Position numbers and translations under genes: made by a program. The notes below the pieces were generated by a model. That model did no database searches. It saw only the letters and a list, made by a program, of their open reading frames with translations, and had not been told where the DNA came from. From Heterodontus francisci (taxonomy: Eukaryota), in contig NC_090404.1 of the NCBI RefSeq assembly GCF_036365525.1, positions 4,650,001-4,714,000 of the forward strand: a stretch of 64,000 bases of DNA, in the 5' to 3' direction. How positions within the stretch are numbered: position 1 is the stretch's first letter; the number at the start of each line of letters is the position of its first letter. Positions 1-14,660 of this stretch are shown piece by piece.

Positions 1-2440
1 ATCATTAATGTACACTAAAAACAGCAAGGGTCGCAGCAACAATCCCTGTGGTACACCACTGGTCACAGGCTTCCACCCACAAAAACAACCCTCGACCATC
101 ACCCTCTGCCTCCTGCCACTGAGCCCATTTTGGATCCAATTTGCCAAATTGCCTTGGATCCCATGGGCTCTTAGCTTCTTGACCAATCTCCCATGTAGGA
201 CCTTATCAAAAGTCTAACTGAAGTCCATAAATACTACATCAACTACTTGACTTTCATCCACACATTTCATCACCGACTCAAAAAATTCAATCAAGTTAGT
301 CAGACACGATCTCCCCCTGACAAAGCAATGCTGACTATCCCTGATTAATCACTGCCTCTCCAATTGGAGATTAATCCTGTCCCTCAGAGATTTTTCCAAT
401 AGTTTCCCAACCAATGATGTTAGACTCACTGGCCTGTAATAACCTGGTTTATCCCTGCGACACTTCTTAAATAATGGTACCACATTCGCTGTCCTCCAAT
501 CTTCTGGTACCTCTCCTGTGGCCAGAGAGGATTTGAAACTTTGTGTCAGAGCCCCTGCTATCTCCTCCCTTGCCTCACATAACAGCCTGTGATACATCTC
601 ATCTGGGCCTGGGGATTTATACAGTTTTCAGCCCGATATAACTGCAAATACGTCTTCCCTTTCAATGCTAATATGTTCAAGTATATCACAATCCCCCTCC
701 CTGATCTCTACATCTACATCGTCCTTCTCCATAGTGAACACAGATGAAAAGTAATCATTTAAAACCTCACCTATGTTCTCCGTCTCCACACACAGATTGC
801 CACTTTGGTCCCTAATGTGTCCTACTCTTTCCCTGGTTATCCCCTTGCCTTTAATATACTTGCAAAACGCCTTCGGATTTTCCTTTATCACGCCTGCCAG
901 TGTTTTTTCATGTCCCCTCTTCGCTCTCCTAATAACTTATTTAAGTAACCCCCTACAATTTCTATACTCCTCTAGTGCCTCCACTGTTTTCAGCACACTG
1001 AATATGCCATAAGTCTACGTTTTTTTACTGATCCAATCCTCTATATCCCTTAACATCCAGGGTTCCCTGAACTTGTTGGTTCTACCCTTCACCTTCCTGG
1101 GTACATGTTGGCTCTGAACTCTCACTATTTCCTCTTTGAATGACTCCCACTGATCTGATGTCGACTTTCCTACAAGTAGCTGCTCTCAGTCCACTTTGGC
1201 CAGATCATGTTTTATCATCCGAAAATCGGCCTTCTCCCAATTCAGTACCTTTATTTTCCGTCCATCTTTGTCCTTTTCCATAACTACCTTAAATCTTGCA
1301 GAGTTATGGACACTATCCCCGAAATGTTCCCCCACTGACACTTCTACCACTTGTCCGACTTCATTCCCTAGGATTAGGTCCAGTACTGCCCCTTCTCTTG
1401 TTTGGACTATCTACGTACTGGCTCAAAAAGCTCTCCTGTATGCATTTTAAGAATTCCGCCCCCTTTAAGCTATTTGCACTGAGACGATCCCAGTTGATAT
1501 AGGGGAAGTTGAAATTCCCTGCTATTATTACCCTATTATTTATACATCTCTCTGAGGTTTGCCTACATATCGGCTCCTCTATCTCTCCCTGACTATTTGG
1601 AGGCCTGTAGTACACTCCCAGCCAAGTGATTGCCCCCTTTGTATTTTTAAGTTCTACCCATTTGAGGAACCTTTTACATATCATCCCTCCTTATTGCAAT
1701 AATTGACTCCTTGATCAACAGTGCAAGGCCAACTCCTCTTTTACACCCTCCCCTACCATGCCTGAAGATTCAATACCCTCGGATACTGAACTGCCAGCAC
1801 TGCCCTTCCCTCAACCATGACCCTGTGACAGCAATAATACCATATTCCCAAGTGCTAATCAACACCCTCAATTCATCTGCCTTACTTGTAACACTCCTTG
1901 CATGAAAATAAATTCAATCCAGCCTTGCATCTTGCACTTGTGCCTTAACAGGTCTATATTTGCTCTGCCTTCCAGAATGACTCAGTTTATATCTATGACT
2001 GTGCATCACCCTCTACCATACCTCCACTCAGTATCCCATCCCCCTGCCAAGTTAGTTTAAACCCCCCACCCCCACACCCTCCAACAGCACGTGCAAACCT
2101 CCCAGCAAGGATGTTGGCCTGTTCCGGTTCAGGTGCAACCCGTCCAACTTGTACAGGTCCCAAATTTGCCGGAAAAAGACCCAGTGATCCAGGAAACTAA
2201 AGCCTTCCCTCCTGCACCACCTCCTCAGCCACGCATTCATCTGCTCTGTCCTTCCAATCCTATGCTCACTCGCACGTGGCACCGGGAGTAATCCAGGTAT
2301 TACAACCTTTGAGATCCTGCATTTTAATCTGCTTCCCAGCTCACTAAATTCTTGTTGCAGGACCTCATCCCTCTTTTCACCTATGTCGTTGGTCCCAAAG
2401 TATACTACGACCTCTGACTGTTCCCCTCCCCTTTCAGAAT
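1..2440 (-). mobile_element. CR1 LINE, decayed ORF1 esterase plus ORF2 endonuclease/RT
   Basis: ORF fragments GTNDIG...GLHLN (SGNH esterase), GVYYRPPN, PEDWRTANVVPLFKK...YRPVSLTS. Confidence 0.92.
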
Positions 2441-2819
2441 ATGAATTAGTAAACTTTGACACAACACAGTGTGTCACTAAGTAATGTAAAGCGCAGTGCA
2501 CTATGCTCACCTTCAGTCCTGTCCCTCAATCCAGGTTCATCTCTGGGAGACTGTTGCAGGTTTCAACCCATCCTTTCAACACCAATATTACCCACATAAT
2601 ACAGAGCAATTAGAAATTGAACACAGCTGCTGATAATTATTCACAAAACTAAACGTATTTTTCCAACGAAAAATGATTAAATCCTCACACACAAATGTAT
2701 ATCTTGATATGTATTAATATATATGACGGTCACTGTCGTCCCATCGAGCTATATGTCTGTCTATCTCCCAATCTATCTGTCCGTCTGTCTCGCTTTATGG
2801 CTAGCTAGCGATCAAGCTA

Positions 2820-2952
2820 NNNNNNNNNNNNNNNNNNNNNNNNNNNNNNNNNNNNNNNNNNNNNNNNNNNNNNNNNNNNNNNNNNNNNNNNNNNNNNNNN
2901 NNNNNNNNNNNNNNNNNNNNNNNNNNNNNNNNNNNNNNNNNNNNNNNNNNNN
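2820..2952. other. Assembly gap
   Basis: Run of N. Confidence 1.
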
Positions 2953-4894
2953 CTTTGTAAGAGATGTTTTACAGTGCAGCAATAAATAAGATAGGACCTG
3001 GTGTAATATAAAAAGAGACAGGAGAGAATGCAGTCTTGACTGAGACAGGGCTGTGGGTAATACAATTTGAGACTGGGCCTTGTGCAGTAATAACTGAGAC
3101 ATTGCCGAGTGTAAAATAACCAGATACATGGTCTAGCCGAGTAATAATCTGGACATGTTCTAGTGTAATGTAAGCAAGGACTGGGGGCAGCCTAGTGGAA
3201 TATAAACCAAAACAAGGTCATTTAAATAAAAAGTATGTGAGGGCCTTGTGTAATGTAACCAGACACATGTTCTCGAGTAATAGAGATATCAACAGTCAAT
3301 TTTATTGTAAACAGAAACACCAGTTAATATAGCAAGAACTGAGAGAGGGCCAAGTGAAGCTAGTAACGCTGCATGACCTCAAATAAAATAAACTAAGAGA
3401 GATTTTTACTTCAAAATCCTTCCTAATAGCAGTGTGGGTGTACCTACTCCACAGGGACTGCAGCGGTTCAAGAAAGCAGCTCACTGTCACCTTCTCAAAG
3501 GCAATTATGGATAGGCAATTAATGCTGGCCTGGCCAGCGACACCCACAACCCATTAAACGAATAAATAAAATAGACTTTCACTGCCATCCGCTGGCCAGA
3601 CATTGCCATTGCTCCTACTGTGAAAATGTCAATGTCGCTTACTGTTTCTGTCGTAATGTATCAAGAAACAACTCAACTAATTCCAGATGAACGTGGCCGA
3701 TTTGTGCCTCGAAACATCAGGAACAGTGCAAAGCGGTTGAATTCCAGTTTATGTATTTTTGTTGATCTTGGTTCAAGGGAGGAGTGTTGACCAGGACACA
3801 GTGTGGAACTATGGGACTTTTAATGTCCACCTCAACAAAAAAGGGGTGGGGGAGAGATTATTGTTTCAAAATGTCCCTGGAATGATATTGCCCTTTCATT
3901 AATGGACCCATTGGAAGCCTGGTTAATATACTCAGTTTCTGAAGCTGACATGGAATCCACAAATTACTGATTCTGAAATCAGAGTCAAGTTGTGTTACCC
4001 AAGTTGCTGCTGAAATGTTTCCTGTGTCCAGGTGACATTTTATATCAACATTGGTTAATACCATTGCTGTTACACTTCCGTATACTGATATCACAAATAG
4101 CAACTTCTGGATTACAATTACAAAACTTTTGATTGATACAATTGAAATTCATTGAATCAAGGACTCTGACAGCACAGAAGTGTGGCTGCTTGAAAGAGCT
4201 ATCCAATCAGTTCCATTCTCCTGGTCTTTCTCCAAAGTCCTGAAAATCTTTCCTTTTCATGTAATTATACAATACACTTTTGAAAGTTACAATTTTAAGT
4301 GGTTACACCAACCTTTCAGGTCATTCATTCCAGCTGATAACTCGCTGAACTTTTAAATAAAACTCCTCATCTTCTCCCTTCTTCATTGACCATTGATTCT
4401 AAATCTGTGTCCTCTCGTTATCAACATTCCTGCCAGTGGAAACTTTGTCATGGATGTTTTTCCGTGCGATTTGTGTGGTTTGGAACGGAGAAATGATTGT
4501 TCGAATGAGTGAGTTCACAGGATTCAGTATTTCACCTTCTTCCTCAACACCTGAGGCCAAGAAGTTAGATGTTGATGTAGTGTAGCTGATATCAGCATCA
4601 CCTGACACGGGAAAGGTCCCTGGTCACTTGGGAAACATTTCATTCAGTTTGTGACAGGATGTTGCTGGTTTATAAACAGTAATGTAAACTATTATCATTC
4701 GCCTGACAGATGAGCTGTCTTGTGATAAAAGCAGAAAGCGCTGCAAATACTCAGCAGGTCTGGCAGCATCTGTGGAGAGAGTAGCAGTGCTAAATTTTCA
4801 GGTCTGTGACCTTAACTCAGAACACAGATCAGCACTTTCTATTTTCATTTCAGACTTCCATCATCAGCAGTTTTTCCTTTTATTGAACGCTTGC

Positions 4895-4965
4895 TTCCCT
4901 GGTCAGGAAACAAACCCGGCCGTGGCGGCAGGAACTCCCAATTCTAACCACTAGACCATCAAGGA
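4895..4965 (-). pseudogene. tRNA-Glu-derived pseudogene
   Basis: TCCTTGATGGTCTAGTGGTTAGAATT...GGGTTTGTTTCCTGACCAGGGAA matches the vertebrate tRNA-Glu frame, with mutated anticodon arm and B-box. Confidence 0.75.
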
Positions 4966-5774
4966 ACAGGACCTGCGAGCTCCGGAGCCATTGTTGATAT
5001 AATTGAAGGTATCGGTGTTAATTTCTTAATTTAATTTGTGCTGGATGCAAAACCATTTCATAACGCTGCTGCTTCCAGATCTATTTAAATGTGTCTGTAT
5101 ATTTCGTTCACGTTTCGAGTCAGTCTGTCTTCAATCTGAAAGTAATTTCTGCCTGTTTATTTCCCTCTTACTTTTCATTTAGACCTAAATATTATCACGG
5201 TCTTGTGTTTTATTTCTCTCTTTGGGAAATATTGTGCTGTTCCTTTAGGACTGTAAAAGATCAGTGCAACTTTCAGGCAGTAAGTTCCGGAGGGTCAGTG
5301 AGCCAGGGTGCATTCCGATTGCCAAACAGCAGCCACAGAGAAAGAGAGGACACGAGATTCAATGTTACAGGTTAGACTTTTAAAATTAGCCGAACAACTG
5401 TCAGAAGCGGAGCTCTGAGACAATTTAAACTGAAAAAAACTGTGTTATTTCTCTCTCAAAATTCTACAAAGCGTCATGCCGAATTAATTCGACAAAAAAT
5501 AAGAAAAGGCTTCTTCTTTCACAACAAGTTATCTGCTGTGTTCATTGCTGGAAAAAAAAGAAGAGGTTAATGCAACAACTGCCGAACTGCTGAACCTTTA
5601 TATTTGAGGTATCCTTTTTCTCATGGGACCATGGAAGTCTGCAAGTGAACTTTGACTGTAGTGTATTGGAAGACCAGTCATCAGAATCGTAACTTACAGA
5701 GACTTGTTTATTTGTTCTATTTCTGAGAGGAAGATACACTTACAAATCAACAATCTTTTAAAACAGAGTTTCTA

Positions 5775-8310
5775 GAATCATAGAGTGATAGAGCACAGAA
5801 GCAGGCTATTCGGCCCATCCTGTCCATGCTGGCCATCAAGCACCTATCCATTCTAATCCTATTTACCACCATATGGCCCATAGCCTTGTATGCTATGGCG
5901 TTTCAAGTGCTCATCAAAATACTTCGCAAATGTTGTGAGGGTTCATGCCTCCACCAAAATTTCAGGCACTGTGTTCCAGATTCCAACCACACTCTGGGTG
6001 GTTTGTTTTCCTCAAATCCCATCTAAGCCTCCTGCCCCTTATCTTTAATCAATGCCCACTGGTTATTGACACCTCTGCTGAGGGAAATCGTTTCTTCCTA
6101 TCTACCCAAACTATGCCCCTCATAATTTTCTACCCCTCAATCAGGTCCCCCCTCAGACTTCCCTGCGCTTAGGAAAACAACCCTAGCCTATCCACTCTCT
6201 CTTCACTGCTCAAATGTTCCAGCCCAGGCAACATCCTGGTGAGCCTCCTCTGCACCCTCTCCAGAGCAATCACATCTTTCCGATAGTGTGGCGACCAGAA
6301 GTGCACAGAGTACTCCAGCTATGGCCGAAATAGTGTTTTGTACATCTCCATCATAACTTCCCTGCTCTTATATTCTATGCCTCGCATAATATAGGCAAAT
6401 ATCCCAAATGCCTTCCTAACCACCTTATCTACCTGTGCAGCTGCCTTCAGTCTTCAGTGATACATGGACAAGTCCGCCAAGGCCCTTGTGACTCTCTCTA
6501 CTTCCGAGGGACCTGCGACACATTGCATATTCTCCTGCCTTGTTAGTCCTCCCAAAATGCATCTCAGGATTAAATTATATTTGCCACTGCTCCGCACATC
6601 TTATCAGCCCATATATATCGTCCTGTAATCTAATGCTATCCTCCTCACTATTTACAACACCACCAATTTTCGTGTCATCTACAAATTTACTGATCATACC
6701 TCCTATATTCACGTCTAAATCATTAATGTACACCACAAACAGCAAGGGTCCCAGCCCCGATTCCTGTGGTACACCACTGGTCACAGGCTCCCAATCGCAA
6801 AAACAATCCGCAACCACCACTCTCTGCCTCTTGTCACTAAGCCAATCTTGGATCCAATTTGCCAAATTATCCTGGATCCCATGGTCTCTTATCTTCTTTC
6901 CCAATCTCCCTTCGGGACCTTATCAAAAGCCTTACTGAAGCCCATGTAGACTACATCAACTGCTTTACCCTCATCGACACACCTAGTGACCTCCTAGAAA
7001 AATTCAATCAAATTTGTTAGACACAATCTCCCTCTGACAAATCCATGCTGACTATCCCTTATTAATCACTGCCTCTCCAAGTGTAGTTTAATCCTGTACA
7101 TCAGAACACTTTCCAAACGTTTCCCAACGACTGGTGATGGACTCATTTGCTTGAAAGCAACTAGTTTATCCCTTCTTTCCTTCTAGAATAATGATACCTC
7201 ATTCACTGTCCCCCAGTCCTCTGGCACTTCTCCTGTGGCCAGAGAGGTTTTGAAAATTTGTGTCAGAGCCCCAGTAATCTCCTCACTTGTCTCACAAATC
7301 AGCCTGGGATACAGCTCATCTGGGTCTGGGGATTTATCCACTTTTAAGCCCACGAAAACCATTCATACCTCCTCCCTTTCAATGCTAATTTGTTCAAGTA
7401 TATCACAATCCCCTTCCTGATCTTTTCACCTACATCGTCCTTTTCCAATGTGAACACAGATGGAAAGTAATCATTTAAAACCTCACCTACATCTTCCAGC
7501 TCCACACAAAGATTGCTGCTTTGGTCCTTAATGGGCACTACTTGTTCCCTGATTATTCTCTTGCCATAAATATACTTATAAAACGCTTTGGGATATTCCT
7601 TTATCTTGCCCACCCGTGTGTTTTTCATGCCGCCTCTTCCCTCTCAAATTTTTTTTTCACTACACCCCGACACTTCCTCTCATCCTCGAGGGCCTCCACA
7701 GCATTCAGCTCTCTGAATATGCCGTAGGGCTCCTTTTGTTTTCCTTATTCAATCCTCTATATCACTTGACATCTTGGGTTCCCTAGACTTATTGGTCCCG
7801 CCCTTTACCTTTACTAGAATATGTTGGCTCTGAACTCTCACTATTTCCTTTTTGAATGACTCTGATATATACTTTTCTGAAAGTAGCTGATCCCAGTCCA
7901 ATTTGACCAGGTCCTGTTTTATAATATTTGAAAGCGGCCTTCCCCCAATTCAGTACCATTATTTCCGGTCCATCTTTGTCCTTTTCCATAACTACCTTAA
8001 ATCTTACAGAGTCCTATCCCCGAAATGCTTCCCCACTGACGCTTCTACCACTTTTCCGGCTTCATTTTCGAAGCGCAGATCCTGTATGGCCCCTTCTCTT
8101 GGAGGACGTTCTACGTGCTGGCTAACAAAGATCTCACAGATGCACTTTAAGAATTACGCCCCCTTTAAACCTTTTTCACTGAGACTATCTCAGCTAATAT
8201 TGTGGAAGTTGAAATACCCTACTATTATTACCCTATTATTTTTACACCTCTCTGAGATTTGCTGACATATCTGCTCCGTTACCTCTCCGTGGCTGTTTGG
8301 AGGCCTGGAG
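5775..8310 (-). mobile_element. CR1 LINE ORF2 and 3' end, decayed
   Basis: SGVPQESGLGPLLFVVYINDL...KFVDDTK; CR1 3' tail near 5775-5830. Confidence 0.9.
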
Positions 8311-8484
8311 TGCAGTTGGGGGTACTCATTCAAGGAATGCACAAAATTAATATGTAAGTGCAGCAGGCGATTAGGAAGGCAAATGGAATGTCGGCCTTTA
8401 TTACAAGGGGGTCGAAATACAGAAAGAAAGAAGTCTTACTGAAACACTGTCTGCATTTTTGGTCTCCACATTTAAGAAAGGAAT

Positions 8485-9860
8485 TTTTTATTCGTTACAA
8501 AGGATGTGGGCGTCGCTGGCCAGGCCAGCATTTATTGCCCATCCCTAATTGCCCTTGAGAAGGTGGTGGTGAGATGCCTTCTTCAACCGCGGGTAGGAAC
8601 GCACAGTGCTCTTAGGAAGGGAGTTCCAGGTTTTGATGCAGTGACAGTGAAGGAACAGCGATCTGGTTCGAAGTCAGGGTGGTGTGTGGCTTGGAGGGGA
8701 TCTTGCAGGTGGTGGTGTTCCCAACCATTGCTGCCCTTGTCCTTCAAGTTGGTAGAGGTCGCGGCTTTGGAACGTGCTGTCGAATGAGCCTTGCTGCATT
8801 GCTGCAATGCATCTTGTAGATGGCACACATTGCTGCCACTGTGCGTCGGTGGTGAAGCGAGTGAATGTTTCCGGATGGGGTACCAATCAAGCCGGTTGCT
8901 TTGTCCTTGATGGTGTCCAGTTTCTTGAATGTTGTTGGAGCTACATCCATCCAGGCAAGTGGAGATTACTCCCTCACAATCCTGACTTGTGCCTTGCAGA
9001 TGGCAGACAGGCTTTGGGGAGTCAGGAGGTCAGTTACTCGCCACAGGATGCCTAGCCTCTGACCTGCATTTGTAGTCATGGCTACTCCTGTATGTTTCTG
9101 ATCAATGTTCACCCTCAGGATGTTGATAGTGGGGGATTCGGCGATCATAATGCCATTGAATGACAAGGGGAGATGGTTAGATTCTCTTTTGATGAAGATG
9201 GTCATTGCCTGGCACGTCGGTGGTGCGAACGTTGCTTGCCACTTCTCAGTCCTCACTGGATATTGTCCAGGTCTGGCTGTATTAATACACGGGATGCTTC
9301 AGTATATGAGGAGTTGCGAATGGTGCTGAATATTGTGTAATCATCAGCGAACATCCCCACTTCTGACCTTATGATTGAAGGAAGGTCATTGATGCAGCAG
9401 CTTAAGATGGTTGGGCCAAGGACACTACGCTGAGGAACTCCTGCAATGATGTCCTGCAGCTGAGAATTTTGACCTCCAACAACCACAGCCATCGTCTTTT
9501 GCACTAGGTATGAGTCCAACCAGTGGAAAAGCTTCCCCCTGATTCTCATTGATTCCAGTTTTACTAGGGCTCCTTGGTGTCGTTCTCGGTCAAATGTTGC
9601 CTTGATGTCAAGGGCAATCACTCTCACCTCACCTCGAGAGTACAGCTCTTTTTTCCATGTTTGAACCAAGGCTGTAATGAGGTCTGGAACTGAGTGGCCC
9701 TGGCGGAACTCAAACTGAGCGTCACTGAGCAGGTTATTGCTGAGCAACTGCCGCTTGATGGCACTGTCGGGGTCACCTTCCATCACTTTACTGATCATCG
9801 AGAGTGGACTGATGGTGCAGTAATTGGCCAGCTTGGTTTTGCCTTGCCTTTTGGGCAGGC
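8485..9860 (-). mobile_element. LINE (L2/CR1 clade) RT fragment
   Basis: ORF 9253-9882: QFEFRQGHS...LDIKATFD...GVPQRSVLGP...FADD; related copy at 26030-27150, 3' ends at 3410-3570 and 56250-56490. Confidence 0.85.
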
Positions 9861-10065
9861 GGTGTCGTAGAGGCATTGTCAATGCACTAGTAATCCAGAA
9901 ACGCAGGGTATTCCCTTAAGGGAAGGAGTTCGAATCCCACCATGGCAGAAATTGGACTAAAAGCAAAATACTGCGGATGCTCGAAATCTGAAATAAAAAC
10001 AAGAAATGCTGGAACCACTCAGCAGGTCGGGCAGCATCTGTGGAGAGAGAAGCAGAGTTAACGTT

Positions 10066-10495
10066 AAGGGACACTGACTATGATGAGAGGTTGAGTAAAT
10101 TGGCCGATATTCTCTGGAGTTTAGAAGAATGAGAGGTCTTCTAATTGCCAGGGTAGAAGCTGAGAGATGGTTTTCATTGGTCAGGGAATGCAGAAAACTG
10201 GGACACAGCCTTAGGATAAGGGGCCAATCATTCAGGCGTCAGATGAGGAGAAATTACTACACTCAAAGCTTTGTGAATGTTTGGAATTCTCTACCACAGA
10301 GGGTTGTGGATGCTCCACTATTGCATACATTTAAGGTTGGGATAGATAGTTGTTTGGCTTCGCAATGATTCAAAGGGTATGGGGAGTGGTAGGAAAGTGG
10401 CGTTGAAGCCCAAGATCAGCCATGATCATTTTAAATGGCGGAGCAGTCTCGATGGACCAGATGATCTACTTCTGCTCCTATTGCTTGTGTTCTTG
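10066..10495 (+). mobile_element. CR1 3' fragment
   Basis: YTQSFVNVWNSLPQRVV; CR1-type tail. Confidence 0.8.
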
Positions 10496-10759
10496 TGGGA
10501 GCTCCCTTGGGCAGTGGTATTTGGCAAATAACCCTCTGGCTGGGTAATCCTTTGCAAGTTTCGATTGGATGCTGCTTTAATGCAACTGATGCACTTAAAA
10601 CTTGCCTCCTCCCAACTGAATAGAATTCCTCAAGTGTTGTTGTCGAGAGTTGTCGTCATTTGCAATTTCAGTGAGGTCTTTGTTTCACAGCAGAGGCTGT
10701 TTATCGGTGTGACAGCGCCCTCTGGTGAGCACTAATCGGAACTCTCATTCTGGAGTTTT

Positions 10760-13140
10760 TGACGAGAACATCGGAGCAGGAGCAGGCCACACAGCCAATC
10801 GAGCCGACTCCGCCATTCAACACGATCTTGGCAGATCATCCACTTCAACGACTTTTCCCACGCTATCTCCCCTTTATGCCATTGACGTCTAGAAATCATG
10901 TTAATGATTGCTTTAAATATCCTCATTGACTGAGTTTCCACAAACCTATGGGGGAGAGAATGCCAAAGATTCACAACCCTCTGAGTAATGACATTTCTCC
11001 TCATCTCTGCCTGAAGTGGTTTCACCCTTATTTTGAGATTGTGCCCCCTGGTTCTAGATCCCCCAACAAGGGGAAACATCTTACCTGCATCTACCCTGTC
11101 TATCCCCTTAAGTATTTTGTAGGTTACAATGAGATCATCTCTCATTCTTCGAAACTCTAGAGAATACAGGCCCAGGTTCCCCACTCTCTTTTCAGAAGGC
11201 AGTCCTGCCATCCCGGGAGCAAGCCTGGTGAGCCTCGTTGCACTCTCTCTTTGGTAATAATATCCTTCCTCAGTAAGGGAACCAAAACGGCACACAATCC
11301 TGCAGGTGCTGTTTAACCGAGGTTCTGTACAATTGAAGCCAGACTTCACCAGTCCCGTACTCAAAACCTCTTGCAAAAAAATCTAACATATCATCAGCCT
11401 TCCTAATTGCTTGTTGCACCTGCATGTTCGCTTTCAATGACTTATTGACGAGGACACCCAGGTCTCTTTCACATCTGCTTTTATTTTAGAGATACAGCAC
11501 TGAAACAGGCCCTTCGGCCCACCGAGTCTGTGCCGATCATCAACCACCCATTTATACTAATGCTACACTAATCCCATATTTCTACCTCATCCCCACCTGT
11601 CCCTATATTTCCCGACAACCTACCTACACTAGGGGCAATTGCTAATGGCCAATTTACCTGTCAACCTGCAAGTCTTTGGCATGTGGGAGGAAACCGGAGC
11701 ATCCGGAGGAAACCCACGCAAACACAGGGAGAACTTGCAAACTCCACACAGGCAGTACCCAGAATTGAACCCGGGTCGCTGGAGCTGTGAGGCTGCGGTG
11801 CTAACCACTGCATTATTTAATCTCTTACTATTTAAGAAATACTCTGCCCATCTATTCCTCCTAGCAAAGTGAATAACCTCACATTTTTCCACATTATGTC
11901 CATCTGCCACGTTCTTGCCCACTCACTAGGTCTCTCCAAATCCCCTTGAAGCCGCTTTGCATCTTCCTCACAACAGACATTCCCGTCTAGTTTTGTGTCA
12001 TCCACGAACATTGAAATATTACATTTGGTTCCCATATCTAAATCATTGACATATATTGTGAACAGCTGGAGCCTAAATACTGATCCTCGTTTTCCCTCAC
12101 CAGTCACAGCCTGCTAATGCGAGAATTACCCATTTATTACTACTCTCTGCTTTCAGCCTGCTAACAGATCCTTAAACTACTCCAGTATATATTACCTCCT
12201 ATCGCATGTGCTTTCATTTTGCTGACCAACCTCCTGTGGGGGACTTTATCAAAACGTTCTGAAAATCCAAGTATACTACGTCCATTGACTCTCCTTCATC
12301 ACTTCTGTTAGTAATATCGTCGAAAAGCTTCTAAAGTTTCGTCAAACATGATTTCCCATTCATAAAACCATGTTTACTATGCACAGTCTGATCATTATTA
12401 TCCAAGTGTCCACTTATTACATCCGTTACAATACATTCTAGCATTTCCCTGGCACTGATGTAAGACTAACAGGTCCGTACTTCCCTGTTTTCTCTCTCCC
12501 TCCCTTCTTAAATTGTGGGGTGACATTTCTCACCTTCCAATTTGCCGGAACCGTTCCAGAATCTATAGAATTTTGGAATATGATCACCAACACTTCCACT
12601 ATCTCATTGTTTCCGCTTTTAAAACACTGAGATACGAACGTAGGAATTCGGAGCAGGAGTAGGCCACTCAGCCCCTCGAACCTGCTACACCATCCAATAC
12701 GTTCATGGCTGAACTGATTATTCCACATTACCACCTACCCCCGATCATCTTTCACCCCCTTGCTTATCAAGAAGCTATCTACCTCCGCCTTAAACATATT
12801 AAAAGACTCTGCTTCCATTGTCTTCTGAGGAAGAGAGTTCCAAAGACCCACGACCCTCTGAGAGAACTGGGATGAGAGAGGGATATACAATATCAGGTCC
12901 CATGGACTTATCAGCATTTAGCCCTATTAATTTCTCCAATACAACCTTCTTCCTAACACCAAATTCCTTCAATTACTCATTCTCCCTAGTCCCTTGAATC
13001 TCTAAAGCTGGGAGATTAATTATACCTTCCTCAGTGAAGACTGACACAAAGTAAACATTTAGCTTCTCTACCATTTCTCTATTCCCCACTTTAAATTCAC
13101 TTGAATCTGCCTGTAATGGACCCACATTAGCCTTAGCCTA
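10760..13140 (-). mobile_element. CR1 LINE with nested SINE and nested CR1 3' fragment
   Basis: LYSLEFRRMRDDLI...TQRVVNLWHSLP; FVDDTKL; second tail at about 12630-12865. Confidence 0.88.
11478..11812 (-). mobile_element. tRNA-derived SINE (HE1/V-SINE-like)
   Basis: CAGTGGTTAGCACC...GGGTTCAATTC A/B boxes, V-SINE-like core, CR1-derived tail; plus-strand copies at about 51703-51993 and 55940-56230. Confidence 0.8.
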
Positions 13141-13163
13141 ACGAGTACCATGCATCCCTGAAG

Positions 13164-13596
13164 TACTGCGGGGCTCATGGCGCAGAAATGCAAGGTGATG
13201 TTGGAGATCAGGGCATTGCCAATCGCTAGCTCAGTAATCTTGGCATCTTTTGTCAACATAGAAACAAACCAATTAATGATGTCGGTGTTCCTGTGTACAT
13301 TCCCTCCATTAAGATGAAGCATATACTGTGCCGGCTGCCCAGCGTGCTGACTGCACCAGTACATATAAGTGTTAGAATCGTTTCTCGTTTCAAGCTGCAC
13401 AGTCGTGTGATGTTACTTTTCTCTTCAATTGTCATTTCAAGGACAGTCTGTTCAATTGTGTCTTGGTGGTTCAATTATAAGAGAATATCATAGTAATAGT
13501 CATGATTCGAAGCATTATCATCACCACCATCTCAATGAACATAATTATTATCATTTGACCAATAATGAAACCTAGGTTGCAGCAGGGAAAATGCAT
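13164..13596 (-). pseudogene. TCR alpha/delta-type V pseudogene, minus strand, RSS broken
   Basis: Joining ORFs 13253-13474 and 13068-13400 gives DTIEQTVLEMTIEEKSNITRLC/.../NTYMYWCSQHAGQPAQYMLH...LHFCAMSP. Heptamer CGCAGTA, 23-nt spacer, then CR1 sequence in place of the nonamer. Possible leader MHFPCCNLGFII at 13560-13596. Confidence 0.8.
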
Positions 13597-14099
13597 TTTT
13601 GCTTGAAAGGAAACATTACAGTAAAGTAATTTAATGATTATTAACAGTGGCAGCCTGTTCCATATGATGCTTTCTGAGTCTGTAATTCTGCAGTCTGGAA
13701 AATCCGCTGTCTGAGCGAACGCATTTCCTAACCCACTGACCTTCTAACTCAGCCAGTGCCAAACAGGGAACAGCGACAGCAATTTCTCCATAAACACAGG
13801 GGAAGCAAGGCGGCTCAGAGACAGAGCAACTGAAGTTTTGCGGGCGGGGCTGCCGCGGGGGGCAGTGTTGACACACGGAGGATTCATTTGTAAGGAACTG
13901 AATTCATTCATAATGTCGCAATCTGAAATTGTATAACTCTGCCTGTCTCTAAGAGTTGTTTTACTTGCGTAATTATTGCACATTCGCTACAAGCAGGCTT
14001 GCGATATGAAAGACAGAATTATTATATTATTTACAAGTTACCGAAATCTTCATCAGTGAAGTGGGTTAAAACTCGGGTGGGAATGTAACGGTGGGAAAT

Positions 14100-14660
14100 G
14101 GAATGAAATGGTAATAAAAGCAAAATACTGCAGATGTTGGAAATCTAATAGGACAAGGTCACAGAAAATAACTGAGCATCAGGTCATGGACCAAAGGCAG
14201 CGGTATGTTAATGTGTGGTCACATACAAGCGTTACTGCAGAGAGGGTGCACATTGACAGAAAATGAACAGCCCTGACCCCAAGCACAATCATGAAAAAAA
14301 CTGAGTAGGCACAATAGAAACAAACGAAGCAAATTAAAATAAAATAAAAGAAACAAAGAAAAAAGAAAAAAGAAAAAATAACTAAGAATAAAAATTAAAA
14401 GGTGGGTCCGTCATGCACTGAAATTTTTGAACTCATTGTTCAGTCCGGCAGGCTGTAGTGTGCCGAATTGGTAAATGAGATGCTGTTCCTCGAGCTTGTG
14501 TTGATGTTCACTGGAACACTGCAGCCATCCCAGGACAGAGATGTGGGCATGAGAACAGGGGGTGTATTGAAATGGACAGCAACCGGAAGCTCGGGGTCGT
14601 GCTTTCGGACTGAGTGGAGGTGTTCCACAAAGCGGTCACCCAAACTGCGTTTAGTCTCCT
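14100..14660 (-). mobile_element. Penelope-like element fragment
   Basis: GDRFVEHLHSVRKHDPELPVAVHFN (GIY-YIG C-terminus) plus the shared PLE terminal sequence. Confidence 0.78.

Noticed and set aside
3858-4103. VTAMVLTNVDIKCHLDTGNISAATW, V-domain-like
   Set aside because: No second Cys motif or RSS found; too decayed to call.
4399-5740. SYTTSTSNFL (-) and VYW...LQRLVY (+) V-like snippets
   Set aside because: Isolated short motifs, compatible with chance.
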